From: the human T2T-CHM13v2.0 reference genome, Homo sapiens
Assembly: GCF_009914755.1 (NCBI RefSeq)
Contig: NC_060936.1
Strand: one strand, 5' to 3'
DNA length: 64,000 nt
Positions 33,849-47,215 of the stretch are shown here, piece by piece (the stretch's first letter is position 1; the number at the start of each line of letters is the position of its first letter). The translations under genes were made by a program, and so were the position numbers. Under the pieces are notes generated by a model. That model saw nothing but the letters and a program-made list of their open reading frames with translations, had not been told where the DNA came from and made no database searches.

Positions 33849-34787
33849 ATGGGAAACCATACAACAGTAGCAAACTTTATTCTTCTTGGACTGACAGATG
33901 ATCCACAATTACAGGTGATTATTTTTCTTCTCCTTTTTTTCACCTACATGTTGAGCATCACTGGGAATCTAACCATCATCACTCTCACCCTACTGGATTT
34001 GCATCTCAAGACACCCATGTATTTCTTCCTCTGAAATTTCTCATTTTTAGAAGTCTCATTCACAACTGTCTGCATTCCCAAATTTCTTGTTAGTATGGCA
34101 ACAGATGATAAGACCATTTCTTACAACGATTGTGCAGCACAGCTGTTTTTCACTATTCTCTTGGGGGCAACTGAATTTTTTCTTCTGGCTGCCATGTCCT
34201 ATGAGCGCTATGTGGCCATCTGCAAACCCCTGCATTACACCACCATCATGAGCAGCAGAGTTTGCAGCTTGCTGGTCTTTGCTTCATGGATGGCTGGCTT
34301 CCTAATAATTTTTCCGCCACTCCTGATGGGTCTCCAGCTTGATTTCTGTGCAGCCAACACTGTAGATCATTTCTTCTGTGATGTTTCTCCTATACTGCAG
34401 CTCTCTTGCACAGACACTGACATAATAGAATTAATGATGCTTCTCTCAGCCATTTTGACGCTCCTGGTTACACTGGTATTAGTGATTCTCTCCTACACAA
34501 ATATTATCAGGACTATTCTGAAAATACCTTCTTCTCAACAGAGAAAAAAAGCATTTTCTACATGTTCTTCCCACATGGTGGTCGTGTCCATTTCTTATGG
34601 CAGCTGCATCTTCATGTATGTGAAACCCTCAGCAAAAGAAAGAGTGTCATTAAATAAAGGGATAGCTCTGCTCAGCACTTCTGTTGCCCCCATGTTGAAT
34701 CCCTTTATTTATACACTGAGAAACAAACAAGTAAAAGATGTTTTTAAGCACACAGTCAAAAAGATTGAACTTTTCTCAATGAAATGA
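33849..34787 (+). pseudogene. OR6C74: Olfactory receptor 6C74, nonsense allele (codon 62 TGA); 312-codon frame otherwise intact
   Basis: ORFs 33849-34034 and 34095-34787 are in one frame: [27 protein letters not shown], then all OR motifs through NPFIYTLRN. Confidence 0.9.
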
Positions 34788-36316
34788 ATCACTTTAACGA
34801 TATTATTAAGGTTATTAGTAAAATAAAACAAGAAGAGTGGAGTATGTGCAAAGTTTTTCAATGTTTGTATTCAATAATATTACCTCTTTTTTGACTTATA
34901 ATTTTCATTATGGCCTTCCTAATCTCCAAAGCCTAACCTTCACTGCCATTTCTCCCTCATGCTGAGATCACATAGAAAAGATATTTCTTGGTTTTGGTCA
35001 AAATCATTTGCCTGTTATTTATTGCCTCTTTTATTTCCTCTCAAAATTCTCTCAGAGGAAGACAAAGTGAGACTTCAGTTTTTCCATGCTCTTTTCCACT
35101 CTTCTGGAATTCAAGGACCCAATTTGTCATATATTCTACATAGAGTTCAGTAGACTACCTAGGTTTGATCACTTAACGCGTGCATTATTGGTGGATACAA
35201 AAGTGAAATCTGCTTTCTTTCTTAGTGTTTAGTAGAATCTCGAAGCAAATCAATTTAATGGCATTTCTTTAATTACACAGTTTAATAGCTTCAATTTTTT
35301 TTAACCAGGCTTAGAGATATAGTATACTCTCAGAAATAAATGAAAGAAACTTCAGAGAGGTTAAAGCATTACTGCTATTGCAGCTATCATATAGAACTTA
35401 CAGCTAGCATTTATTGATTGCTTACAATGTGCCAGATGTTATTAAATTTATTAGTTCCATCTTCAAAACTCTGTAAGACAGGTATTTATATGCTCCATTT
35501 ATGGATTAAAAATATAAGTCATAAGGATTAAATAATTTGTTGATGACAACAAAAATAAATACCCAAGGATGACAAAAATGATGCCTTCATGTCCACTCAC
35601 CGCTTACACATTTTTAGCAAAACGAAGTGAAAATCTCTCTCTGCTCTTAAGTCACTTAGAATGCAAAAGAACAGTAAGACCTTTGTAGAACATTCTATAG
35701 ATTTATGGATGTCATAGATAAAATTAAGACCTTACAGCTCCACAGAGTACCTTATTTTTCAAATTAAGTGGTTTGAACATTAAAATTAGATATAATGACT
35801 GATCATGTGCAGAGTATTTAAAAACTTTTCCTTTCAATAGTACCCTATCTCAGTGTTATAAGACAAGAAAACTTTTTCTGAAAGACTAATGTCAGTTTCC
35901 TCAAGAAATATTTGTCTATGATTTAGTTTCCACATAAGGTAACTGATAACCTTATGAATAATTCTGACTGGAAGGATTTATTTTTCTGACTTATAAAATT
36001 ATTATATACATTTTATCTTAATGTATTTCCAAGTGTATATAACTTTGTCATATCCCCAGGCTAGCAAGAAATTTTATTTGAATTTTACAAGCATTAGTGA
36101 GAAGCTTTAAATATATATATATCTAAATAAATATTAACAGGGCACTGAGAAGCTGAGAAGATTCAAATAGACTTTTCAATAGTGGTCATGTATGTGTAAA
36201 TGGTTTTTATAATACTGCAATACTTTAAGAACATTTTATTTGAAAATAGAAAATAAATATCTAGGGAGTATTCTTTAACTTTCACTATTTGGCTTTCTTT
36301 GCATCAGGAATTTAAG

Positions 36317-36610
36317 TTTTTTTTTATTATTATACTTTAAGTTCTAGGGTACATGTGCACAACGTGCAGGTTTGTTAACATATGTATACATGTGCCATGT
36401 TGGTGTGCTGCACCCATTAACTTGTCATTTACATTAGGTATATCTCCTAATGCTATCCCTCCCCTCTCCCCCCACCTCACAGCAGGCCCCGGTGTGTGAT
36501 GTTCGCCTTCCTGTGTCCAGGTGTTCTTATTGTTCAATTCCCACCTATGAGTGACAACATGCGGTGTTTGGTTTTTTGTCCTTGCGATAGCTTGCTGAGA
36601 ATGATGGTTT
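36317..36610 (-). mobile_element. L1PA5-like 3' end
   Basis: 'tactttaagttctagggtacatgtgcacaacgtgcagg...catttacattagg'. Confidence 0.9.
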
Positions 36611-37312
36611 ATACACAAATAATTATACTTTATAGATAATAACGACACTCAAGAAAAGTTGACTCAAAATGTTTGGAATCTGACAAAAAGTCTGATCTGG
36701 AATATCTCAGATTTTCTTCTGAACACTCTTCTCCACAATTTAAGTTGTTGCCAAATGCAAATATGTAACATATTTATTTTATATTTCTAAGTATTACATT
36801 GCTTACTTTTAAAACTTATTCTTTATACATGAACTCTAAGCTCAGCTCTTTTTAAAGTCTAATATATAGGTAAATCCATAAATCATTGAATGTATATTAA
36901 AAACTTTTTCTCCCCTTTTTTAATCCAAAAATGAATTATTGACAATTTTGTGAAATTCAGAAATATACTTAGTAGACTTAACTACTTAGAATAGATGGAT
37001 TTTTTTCTATTTCTAGGTTGTTTGTAAGTAGATAACAGAAAAAGCAAAAGGAAAGAAACCCTAGGCCTAAGTTACGATGGGAAAAGATTAGTGAAGATCA
37101 TTTTTTACTTAATTTGAAATAAATCACTAGCAATCTGATTTATTGTGTAAATACCAGAGATCAGGGTCCATTATAGGCACTTAAAATTTTTAAATTGTGC
37201 TAGGATTCTAAAAAATATTAAAATCTCATTTGTTCACCTGTTTAACTCATTTCTAATATTCATTTTTCTGGAAGTGAAAAGGAAAAAAATAACCAACTGT
37301 TTTTCACCAGTA

Positions 37313-37433
37313 TTAGGTTGGCGCAAAAGGAATTGCAGTTTCACCATTAAAAGTAATTAAAATTTCACCATTAAAATTTAATTTCACCACTAAAAGTAAT
37401 GGTGAAATCACAATTCCTTTTGTACCAACCTAA
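37313..37433. mobile_element. MADE1 (Hsmar1-derived MITE), expanded to 121 bp
   Basis: TIRs ttaggttggcgcaaaag / cttttgtaccaacctaa with TA TSDs at 37311 and 37434. Confidence 0.93.
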
Positions 37434-39889
37434 TATATACTGAGTAAGTATTAAGACAAGCTAGACTCAAGGTATGTCAATTGTCTATTACATAGCCTTC
37501 CTGCCTTTGATCTCTAACTCATCCTCCACATTGCTAGTAGGATACTTTCTAAAATACAAATCAGTCATGCCACCACTCTACTAATACATTATTGATGGTT
37601 CTCCGTTGCCTGCAAAATAATGACAAAATTCCCCAAATATTTGCATAACCTGGCCTGTCCAGTTTGGTTTCTTATCTCTTCCAACTAGTACTTCTATGAT
37701 GTAACCACACTAAACAACTAAGTATATTGCAAAACTTGTGTGCTGTCACGTATATTGAATGCCTGCCCATTGCCCAAATCTCTGTTAGCTTGCAAAACTT
37801 CAATCAGTTAAAGTTAATTAACATGGAGACTTCTGTGGAAGGCTGGTCGACAAGTATATGTTAGTCACTTCATACTCAAATTTTGTAGTGTTTGTAGTCA
37901 ACTCTAGATGGTGCTTATCATAGCACATGTAATTAACTATATTTATTTCTTGCAACGAACTCTAAATCTCATAGTTTTCTACATTCTCTTCATCCAAGCC
38001 GGTGCCTAGTAAGGAATAAATAAAATAAATAAGGCAGCAAATGACAGGAGATGAGTGAAGTTAATATGTTCATCTATAAAATAAGATTAAAATGTGGCAT
38101 TTGATAGGGCTTAATATAAAAATGTAAGCCTAGATTAAGGATGTCTACTATAAAATAATTAATAGATTGGACTTGATGACAGGCAATATGAAAAAAAAAT
38201 TAGGTGTTAGAAAACTACAAGTTTACTATAAATATGGAGTGTTTATGAGCATTGAAGAGATAATTCAATTGTATGATACAATAAAGTCCCATTGTATCAT
38301 ACATATCTCAAAAATTCTGTTTAGTTTTATCCTTTAAAAATCTTTTGAAGTAAAAGAATAGTCAATATTATCATAAATTTAGAAATTATGTCATATGAGA
38401 AAATATTTAGGGTACTAATGACATGGAGCTTGAGAAAAAATTGCTTATAAGAAAAATAAATGCTACCTTCAAATATTAAGATTACTGTGTTCTCAAAAAT
38501 TATGGACTTGCTTTTCTTTTTATAAGTATAAGTGTGCAACTGGTGTTTATCAAACATTCAATTAGTAAATATATGTATATTTTTCATGGTACATGCACAT
38601 TTATCAGTTTATAATTTATATATAAACAATAGTATAAAATATTTTGAAATTTTAATAGAAAAATAGGAATTAATAAAGGAAATTATACAAAATGATCAAT
38701 ATATTTTAATAATATAACTTTACAGTATAACTTTTAATTTTACTTATGGTACAAATATTAGTTTCATTTTAATTCAGCATACTTTATTATACTTGCAAAT
38801 ACTTATGTAATTATTGTGTGAAATGAACTGCAAGTCTTATTACAGTTTATTTTACCTTGTACTTAGTTATGTGGGTTGTTGTAGTGCAAAGTTAATGCTT
38901 CACAATAATGTGGATCCATTTTAAATGAACTGGAAATCACAATAATTATTCTTCAATCCCATTCAAATATGCTTTTTTTTTTTGAAATTGACTACATTAA
39001 TGTTAATCAGCTGTCTTGATTTTGCATTTTTATGTAATTTTCTAAAAGCACACAAATGTTTTAAAATATTAAAATGATTATGTTTTCAAGTTTTCTAATG
39101 AGTAGATGAGTATTTTTATATTTAATGAGTTTAAATAATTTCCAGTAACAAAAATCGTGGAAAGAATTTCAAACAGTCAATTTCCAAATTTCTCTTTTAA
39201 TTCAACTTTCTTTTGATAATGGGTTACTTTTTCCCATATTTTTAAAACACCATCTGTTTTGGAACAGAGTAAGGGGGTGATATCTTCAAGAAAACATATT
39301 ACTGATGGAGACCTGTTGTCATAGGGAAGGGAAAACTAGGCTATGTCTACTTATAAAATAAAATTCCATAATTCTCTTCAATGTGTCTTTTAAAATACTT
39401 TACATAAGAAATTCTGATTCTGTATCTGATACAAGTTTTTAAATTATTACTTAGCATATCATCATACATTTCTGATTTGCTTCTCTTCCTTTTTTTTCTT
39501 CTCCACCTCCCCTTCCTTCTCCTTTCTCTTCTAACAACCCTTTAAAAATGTAAAATACATCTCAGGATCTCAGGTGGAAGTCTGTACCAAAACAATCCTT
39601 GGCCTGTGGGCTATGGTTTGCTGGCCTGTGGAATAAATGATGGCAAAGGGCTAGAGTACAAAGGTATACCATTTTATTTGCAGGTTGTGCCAATAAATTC
39701 TTGTATTATCTATTAATCCATAAACATTCATTCCCAAAATCAATAACTGGATATTTAGTGCCAGAATTATTTTTGATTTATTCTAGTAAATGGGCCATAA
39801 CTGAAAAGACAGTTGCAATTGAATTTACTACCTAATTTAACTTATGGGTTCATTATCATCTGCTAAAATTTATCTGTGTTAGGAGAGGC

Positions 39890-41500
39890 AGACAGTTGAG
39901 TTCAATGGGTATGTGGATTAAGTCACCACTCCTGCATCTTTGTTTTTTAAGTCTTTGATGGTGGCACTAGCTTTGAAGCTTTTCCAAGGATATAATGATG
40001 CTGTCTGTTTATTATCTCTTAGTGAGGGAGACCATATGGTTTTCCACTTGGCCCTGAATATATGTGTTTTAACTGTATGCACAGGACAACTTTGCACATG
40101 CACTAGGTTCACTGTAAAACAGACTAGCACATAATCATAACTTATCAGGAAAATGTCTCTGACTCCAATTTCTTCCACTCTTATAAGTAAACACACTGGC
40201 ATTTTATAGTCATTGTAATTAAGCTTAGCTCAGAAATGAGGTGGAATAACCTCTGAAAAATCCATGTTTCATTGATTTCACTGTACGATTTTCTTGGGAA
40301 AGGACCACATATCTATTGAAGGACACTAGCGGAAGATTTGGATATTAATATGCATGACAGTTTTGCAAAGACAACTTTCTTCATGGGTTCTGGTTCTATG
40401 AAAGGATTGAAGTCTGTAATTGAATAAGGAGCTTTAACTCCATTATGATGGCTAATTCATTCTTCCTTTCACTTATCCTAGAGTTCTTTCAATTATATGG
40501 ACCAGTTAGAAACCTAATGAGCTGCCTGTTTATTTTAGTCCTAGGAACTTCATAATCTGTTGTTCACTACTAAAGTGCATCATGCAATATTGATAACTAC
40601 TTCGGCCATACTGACCAATAAGTAACCACACTGAATATGCTCATATCAGTTAAGTGCTATTACATAGCCTCTGACTTTCCATGATCCATCATGTCCACTG
40701 AAATCAGGGAGTTCATTTTAACAAAAGCATCTTCCATCTTCATTTCAAACCAGTGGTTACAATACTTTTTAAAGCTGCTAGCAAATACCCTTGTGAATAT
40801 TTTAATATCTTGCCAAAAGATTTTCCTCTGGGTATTCTCCAGTTACATAGCTAAGGGGTATGTAAGTAAATTGCATACAATAAAGCTGTTCCATATTGCA
40901 ATTCCTCTAAGTTTTAGATGTATATTTACATATATGAAATACATACACACATATATGTAATTCCCAGTTGGGATCCTTTCAGATTTCCAATCAATTAACT
41001 TTCACAAAAGATATCTGGGAAGGATGTAAATTTAACCAATATTGCTGTATAATAAACTGCGAGATCAGAGCCTACCTTTGTTTTCAGCACCAAGTGACAT
41101 GAGGATTTAAGAGATAAATTTATTTAGGACAGTCATGGGAACTTCATGATTTGCTGATTATTGTATAATTCAAGATAATAATTAAAGGATACAACCTTGT
41201 AATTTTCTTTCTTTAAGATCCTCAATATGGATCTTACCATGTTATAGCCTTATAGCATGTGCAGTACTTGTATTTCACATGCTTAGCACAGTGCTCTTTA
41301 CCTTATACATCTACTTTGAGAAAGCTCAGCCTTAAATATAAGCTTCTTTCCAAGTGATAATATTTGATGCCATAGACTTGTAATATTCCATTTTCTTATG
41401 GTTGCAGCACTTCTCAGACCTTTCAAGATGATATTAACTAATTATAAATTACCCTTCTTAAGGATCTATTTCATGCAACCACTTGTAGTACCAAATATAT
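39890..41500 (-). mobile_element. Highly decayed ERVL internal (gag/pol) remnant
   Basis: Minus ORF ends SATIKDLKNKDAGVVT, resembling the ERV-L pol 'ISATIKDLKDAGVVIP' motif; 'gtaccaa' PBS-like junction near 41488. Confidence 0.55.
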
Positions 41501-41510
41501 CAGTTATCAC

Positions 41511-41846
41511 TGTTAGGTTGCAATTCTCCATGGCATTTCTACACATTTAATATTATGCTTGGTCTGGATTTTTTTTTACAAAGTTGTTTTAATATCATTC
41601 AGCCTTGAAAGATCGAAATAATACCTCCCTCCAGGGCAGAAGGGAGATTTGCTTCCTGACTAGGATTATAAAATAGATGTCTCCCAGGGTGGCCAGGTTG
41701 GGCAGGTTTTCTAGCTATCTCTTTAAAATAGTGGGGGTTCCCTAAGTTCAGGATTTCACAGTTGTGTTACAGACTGATTGTGTCTGCTCTACCCATGGAG
41801 CCCCCTCTGCATTGCACCCCCTGGGGACTGGGAGGCAAAGGGAACG
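41511..41846 (+). mobile_element. ERVL LTR fragment (LTR47-like)
   Basis: 'cagccttgaaagatcgaaata...ctccctccagggcagaaggg...gggttccctaagttcagg'. Confidence 0.55.
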
Positions 41847-41847
41847 A

Positions 41848-42316
41848 GGAAACAACAGATGTTGGTGAGGATGTGGAGAAGTAGGAACACTTTTACACTG
41901 TTGGTGGGAGTATAAATTAGTTCAACCATTGTGGAAGACAGTGTGGTGATTCCTCAAGGATCTAGAACTAGAAATACCATTTGACCCAGCAATCCCATTA
42001 CTGGGTATATACCCAAAGGATTATAAATCATTCTACTATAAAGACACATGCACACATATGTTTATTGTGGCACTATTAGCAATAGCAAAGACTTGGAACC
42101 AACCCAAATGCCCATCAATGATAGGTTGGATAAAGAAAATGTGGTACATATACACCATGGAACACTATAAAATATACATCCATAAAAAACGATGAGTTCA
42201 TATCCTTTGCAGGGACATGGATGATGCTGGAAACTATCATTCTCAGCAAACTAACACAAGAACAGAAAACCAAACACCGCATGTTCTCACTCATAAGTGG
42301 GAGTTGAACAATGACA
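41848..42316 (+). mobile_element. L1PA7/8-like ORF2 end fragment lacking most of the 3' UTR and the tail
   Basis: 'ggaaacaacagatgttggtgaggatgtggag...ataagtgggagttgaacaatga'. Confidence 0.9.
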
Positions 42317-42329
42317 GAGAAGAATTTTA

Positions 42330-44035
42330 AATGCATATTTCTCAATGAAACTAGGCAGACTTAAAAGGCTATAAATTATTTAATTTCATTTATATAATAT
42401 TCTGGTAGAGATAAATTTATAGAGAAAGTAACATATCAGTGGTTGCCAGGACTTTGTTGGAGTAAGGATTAAACGAGGAAGCATAGGGAATCTTTGGTTA
42501 GGGTAGTAAAATTATTCTATATAGTAATGTAAAGATGAATACATAATGTAGGGAGACCCCCTGAAACTATTGCTATGGAATAAAAGGTGAAATGCTCCTG
42601 ATTATTGTAAATACAAAATTGCATGCAGGATTGTGTAAAGACAATGCCAGGTTGGACTGCCAGAATGAGCCAACAGCACATGATGTGCTTCCCCCTGCAG
42701 AGAGCCTACGAACGGACATGCAGTCAGGGAGGTTTCACATCACCAAGATTCCTGTCCCAGAAAAGCAGATGTTCATAGCTCTGGGAATGGAATGGGACCC
42801 TTGTGTAGAGCCTATAAATGGACGCATTGGGGGGGCACCTGTTCATATGGATAAGATAGGGCTATAAACGCCCTCATCTTGCCACAGCTCTTCTAGGCCT
42901 CTTTGGGGGTAAGGCATACTCCCTTCTGATATTTTCCGGTCTAACCGGTTGTCTAGCTTCACCTCCTGTTTCTATGGATTGTTTGTAACCAGCTTTTGCT
43001 GCAACTGTTACTGCTGATTAATAACTTGCTAATCATAGGTTATGGAAAGACTGTGTTTCTGTTTTAAGGCTCTGTTAGAAATTACTGATGCACACACTAT
43101 ATTGTAAACTCTTATCTCTGTATACTGTACTTCTGCATACAGATGTTATGTTAAAGAACTACTTCATCCCCATGTGACCATCTCACCTCATAATCAAAAG
43201 ACCCTAAATCCCTCACTAACCTGCCCCGCCCTCACTAAACTTAATAATAAATGCTGGTATATCCAGTGCATTAGTGGCATCGCGGGACTAGAAGGCGGTG
43301 ACCCCCCTGGACCCAGCTTTCACTGTCTTGTGTGTGTCTATTATTTCTCGACCTGCCAATCTGCCTGGGAATAAAGAAAGAGCCCCTCATTGCATTGCGG
43401 ACTGCTGGCCAGATCCTGCAATAACATAACACCGTGCAGTTGTCAAAACCAGTAGAACTTTACAATACAAAGAATGCTTCTAATGTGTGAAAATTAAAAA
43501 AAAATCTGGGATATCACAATAGAATGTGGAAGAATTTAGCTATATTACAAATGTGTGACACAACCTCACTGAAGGGCATAGTGTAAAAAGTTGCTGACCT
43601 AAGAGAAATAAGTGGAGTCAGTAAGACTAACGTCAAAAGGAACTATACATAACCAATACAGTGAAGTTAATAAAGTTTTCTCCCAATACACATACATACT
43701 GGAACTGAATGATTGAGCAAGTGGATGGCAGATGATGGAAGCCAGTATCTCACTGCTGCATTGGGAGATTACTGATAAGGAATGACTCGTGATGGCATTT
43801 TAAACATGGTGACGGTATAAACTAAAGTTTAATTTAATATATATACAGATTGATACTATAAAATATTTATCATTGTGTGTCTAGGCGTAGGTTAATATAA
43901 ACACCTATATTTCCTTGCTCTGTCACCTGAGAGTGTCTAGAAGCAAAAACAGCCCAGTAGCAATAAGCACACCCAGTGCCCAGATCTTGGTTTTTAACAC
44001 CATTTTCTCATAAGAAAAATAACTAGAATCAGGCT
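42330..44035 (+). mobile_element. L1MC-like 3' UTR split by MER11D
   Basis: 'gatgaatacataa|...|caccgtgcagttgtcaaaacc' is continuous; 'aagcacacccagtgcccagatcttggttt'. Confidence 0.7.
42547..43423 (+). mobile_element. MER11D solo LTR (ERVK class)
   Basis: 'tgtagggagaccccctgaaactattgcta' start; perfect 6-bp TSD acataa at 42541-42546 and 43424-43429. Confidence 0.88.
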
Positions 44036-45012
44036 GCTGATAGAGTTTGGCTCTATGTTTCTAATGCAGATGCTATCATTGCATGGCATATTTGCAGCTC
44101 CTGTCAAAAGTTGACTTGCTTTTCTCATGCTGGGGTAGGCCATATTGCAAGGAATGTTGCCTCCTCCTGCTTTTGGCAACTTGACTACCTTGGGTCTATT
44201 GGTAGTGCCTCACCGGGTAGATGCTGTTTTAGGTTACTGATAAGTTGACTATGGCACACAACTGTGATCTTTGACATTATCTGTGTCATGTCTTTAGATC
44301 CTCAGAGCATCTACAGTTTGACAACTTTTATTGTCCAAGCTATTCAGCAAAGGACTAATAGCCTCTGCCTCCTCATCTCTTCCTGATCCATGCACCTAGG
44401 TAAAGCAGTATGGTCATTGAATGCAGCTGTTCCCAGACTTGACTACTCATCTTCTTCCAGGGTAATGATCAAGATAAAAGTGGTTGGGAATTATACAGAC
44501 TTACTTTGAAAATTCAAAATTCCACCTCAGTCATTCAAAGAATGATGTACCTTTCTTTTCCCTAAGATCAAATCTAGATAAGGCTGGTGCCATACCTTCC
44601 AGGTGGTAATTTGGACACAAGGGGGCCTAAGAAATTAGAGTTTGATACTTGTTGAAATTTAAAAAAAATTTCGTTTTTCTTCATTTACCTGACTCTTCTA
44701 GATGAAAGATCTGAATATGAGTCGGCTATGATTGGGAGAAAAAAAAAGGTGAAGCTATAGCTACAGGAATGTAGAACCCAGATTTGAAGGAAGTATAGGT
44801 AGAGAAAAAGCTGGCATATGAGGAGAAAACACCTTGTATACTCAGGGGCCATGGAGAGAGGTATTAGTAATCTTTGCCTTTAAGAAGTATCCTGGGCCCT
44901 TTCCTCCAGAAGAAAACTTCCACTCTACGTCTGCCACAAGAGCCTTAATTTTGATGGACTGCTGCATCTTCCATCCTTTACCAGACAGAGATGGCTCTGT
45001 CAGGATAACAGA

Positions 45013-45152
45013 GACAATAAGGTACTATTACACCACCTGCATGTCACTTGATAGTGACAGGAGGTACTGTTACACCACCTGCATGTCACTTGATAGTGAC
45101 AATAAGGTACTATTACACCATCTGCATGTAACTTGATAGTGACAGGAGGTAG
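45013..45152. repeat. Tandem repeat of 3+ units of 42/43 bp spanning an LTR 5' junction
   Basis: 'aggtac...tgatagtgaca' units start at 45020, 45062 and 45105, with a partial unit at 45147. Confidence 0.95.
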
Positions 45153-45395
45153 TCAAATGCTTAGGCAGATAGGGGCACGTCCACAGTGAAACCTCACCTC
45201 CAAGCAGAAGACAGTTTAATGCCTGAAGGCCAAGCTACAAGTTAAATCCTTGAACTGAATTGAGAACCTATCTTCCCATTGGGCGCACTTTTCTTTGATT
45301 GATTCTCACCCTTCACCTATTTTACATAAACTTACACTTTCCGAATTGGTCTTCTACATTGTTGTGCCCACCTTTGAGAGGTGTCTTTCTTTTTT
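45134..45395 (+). mobile_element. ERV1 LTR 5' fragment (LTR27/LTR28-like)
   Basis: 'tgatagtgacaggaggtagtcaaatgcttaggcagatagggg...gtgaaacctcacctccaagc'. Confidence 0.65.
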
Positions 45396-46099
45396 ACTGA
45401 CCAGAGTATTGTCTTCTAGTGGGAAAAAGTTAGGCAGCTTTGCAAGTAGTCTCTAAAAAGACTGGGAATTTAATATAGTTGGGGTCCCCCATTTGTGAAT
45501 TGGGTGCATTGTGTGCACATTAGGGCCTCCTCTACATTGTCCTCCACCTTTAGGGGAAAAGAGATGCTGACAAGAACATGAAGGATGATTCCGGGAAATT
45601 GCACAAACTATCTATGTTTCCATCCTTTGGCCAGAATTTATCCACAAGGTTACCATAAATTGTACCAAAGGCAAAGACATGGAAACTTCTATTAATATGG
45701 AAGAAGTGGAAAATGGTTATCTATAATGAAATGTGTTTCAGACCACTAGACAATATCCCAAGGACTGCAGAAAGTATAACTTGCAGAAAAGAAAGTCAAA
45801 TTTATATAGGACATAAAATGTTCAGTTGTACCTGATGAATTAATGATGTGCATTTAGCTTGAGGTGGATTTTGTCTATGACAGGCTACGTTCTCCATTTT
45901 ATATTCCCACCTTTTAGTCTCGCATAAAATAATAGTTTTCTTTTTTATGTCTGTCAATGTTTAATGTAATATTTCAATTAAGGTAAAGAATGTTTATAAG
46001 CACTAAGTATACTTAGCTTCAAGCTTCAACCTTTTAAACAAGAAAAACAAGGCCCAGTACATTTTTTATTCTTTGTGGTTAATGCACAAAATATCCCCA

Positions 46100-47215
46100 C
46101 TTCCCTTGAGAAAGAGTATCATATTTAAAAATACACTTTGATGAATATTGAATGTTAAAACATTATATGATACTATATAATGCTTCCAAATCCTCATCTA
46201 TATATCTGGGATTTCAAAACATAGAGATGGGAGGACAAACACATATTGGGGCAATCTACACTGATTTCTCTTGAGACACTGTTTGTTTAATGTAGTTATT
46301 TTTAAGTAGGTATTTTGTTTTTAAAGTTATTTAGTGCCTTGAGAGAACATGTGAATAACATATGAAGTAGTCATCCTTTGGGAAATGGTGTTCTTGGATC
46401 TGATATTTTCCTGAGAATCCTTCATAATCTTTATTTTTCTTCAGGGCACAGAAAGCATAAAAACTCCAAGGGATCAAGAGTTGATTAATTTTATGTGGCA
46501 CTGTGTGTAATACTACTTAGGAAAACATTCAATACATAAATAATTAACATACAGTTAAGAGGAATTTTAATGCACTAGTCTAACTGCAATAAAATAGCTA
46601 AACAAGGCATTTCCAAGATTGCTATTTATAGGTGAGAAATAATCATCATAGATTATGGGATAGAGAGATTCATTCAGAGAGAAATGTAGTATCAATATGC
46701 TTGATTCAGCATAATGATAAAAGAGTTAAATGTTAAAGCAGAGATGCTTTTGTCTAAATAAATCTGTCTATATCTTTAATAATTTTTTGCATGTTTCATA
46801 TAAATGTTTTTATTTTAAAATTTTGAAGAAATATAACTCAAAAAGATAAAAATAATTAATGTTTCTAAAAGCTAAAGGAAATATTTCCTTTCAGACAAGT
46901 TGTGATTAAGGTTTGTTCTTATTTTACCATTAAAGTTTAATCTTTCCTTTTTTTAACCTTTAAATTGCATTCATAGGCCTGACTTCTCTTGGTTTTATAC
47001 AGTGAGTTTCATGATTTTTACAGTGCTGTTGGGGAATAGTTGATATGTATGATGGTTGAAGTTGGTCAAAGGAATGGTCTAACATGACAAAACTCTGATT
47101 TAGGTGTTTTAGATATATGGATTCCTACAATGATGGCTTCTACGGCAATTTGTATAAACAAGAAAAATTTTGTGACAGATTGGTTCATAATTATATGAAT
47201 GTGAAAGCAATGTCC
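46100..47215 (+). promoter_or_regulatory. Candidate OR6C upstream/promoter module, copy A
   Basis: O/E-like TCCCTTGAGA 46102, TCCTTTGGGA 46374, CTCCAAGGGA 46464; GATTAATT 46483; colinear with 59520-60490. Confidence 0.55.

Noticed and set aside
34032-34034. Selenocysteine or programmed readthrough at the OR6C74 TGA
   Set aside because: The position is a conserved Arg, the context TGA-AAT is not a readthrough motif, and I saw no SECIS; CpG decay explains it.
45013-45152. CRISPR-like array
   Set aside because: Units are contiguous with no unique spacers, there are no cas genes, and the context is primate genomic DNA.
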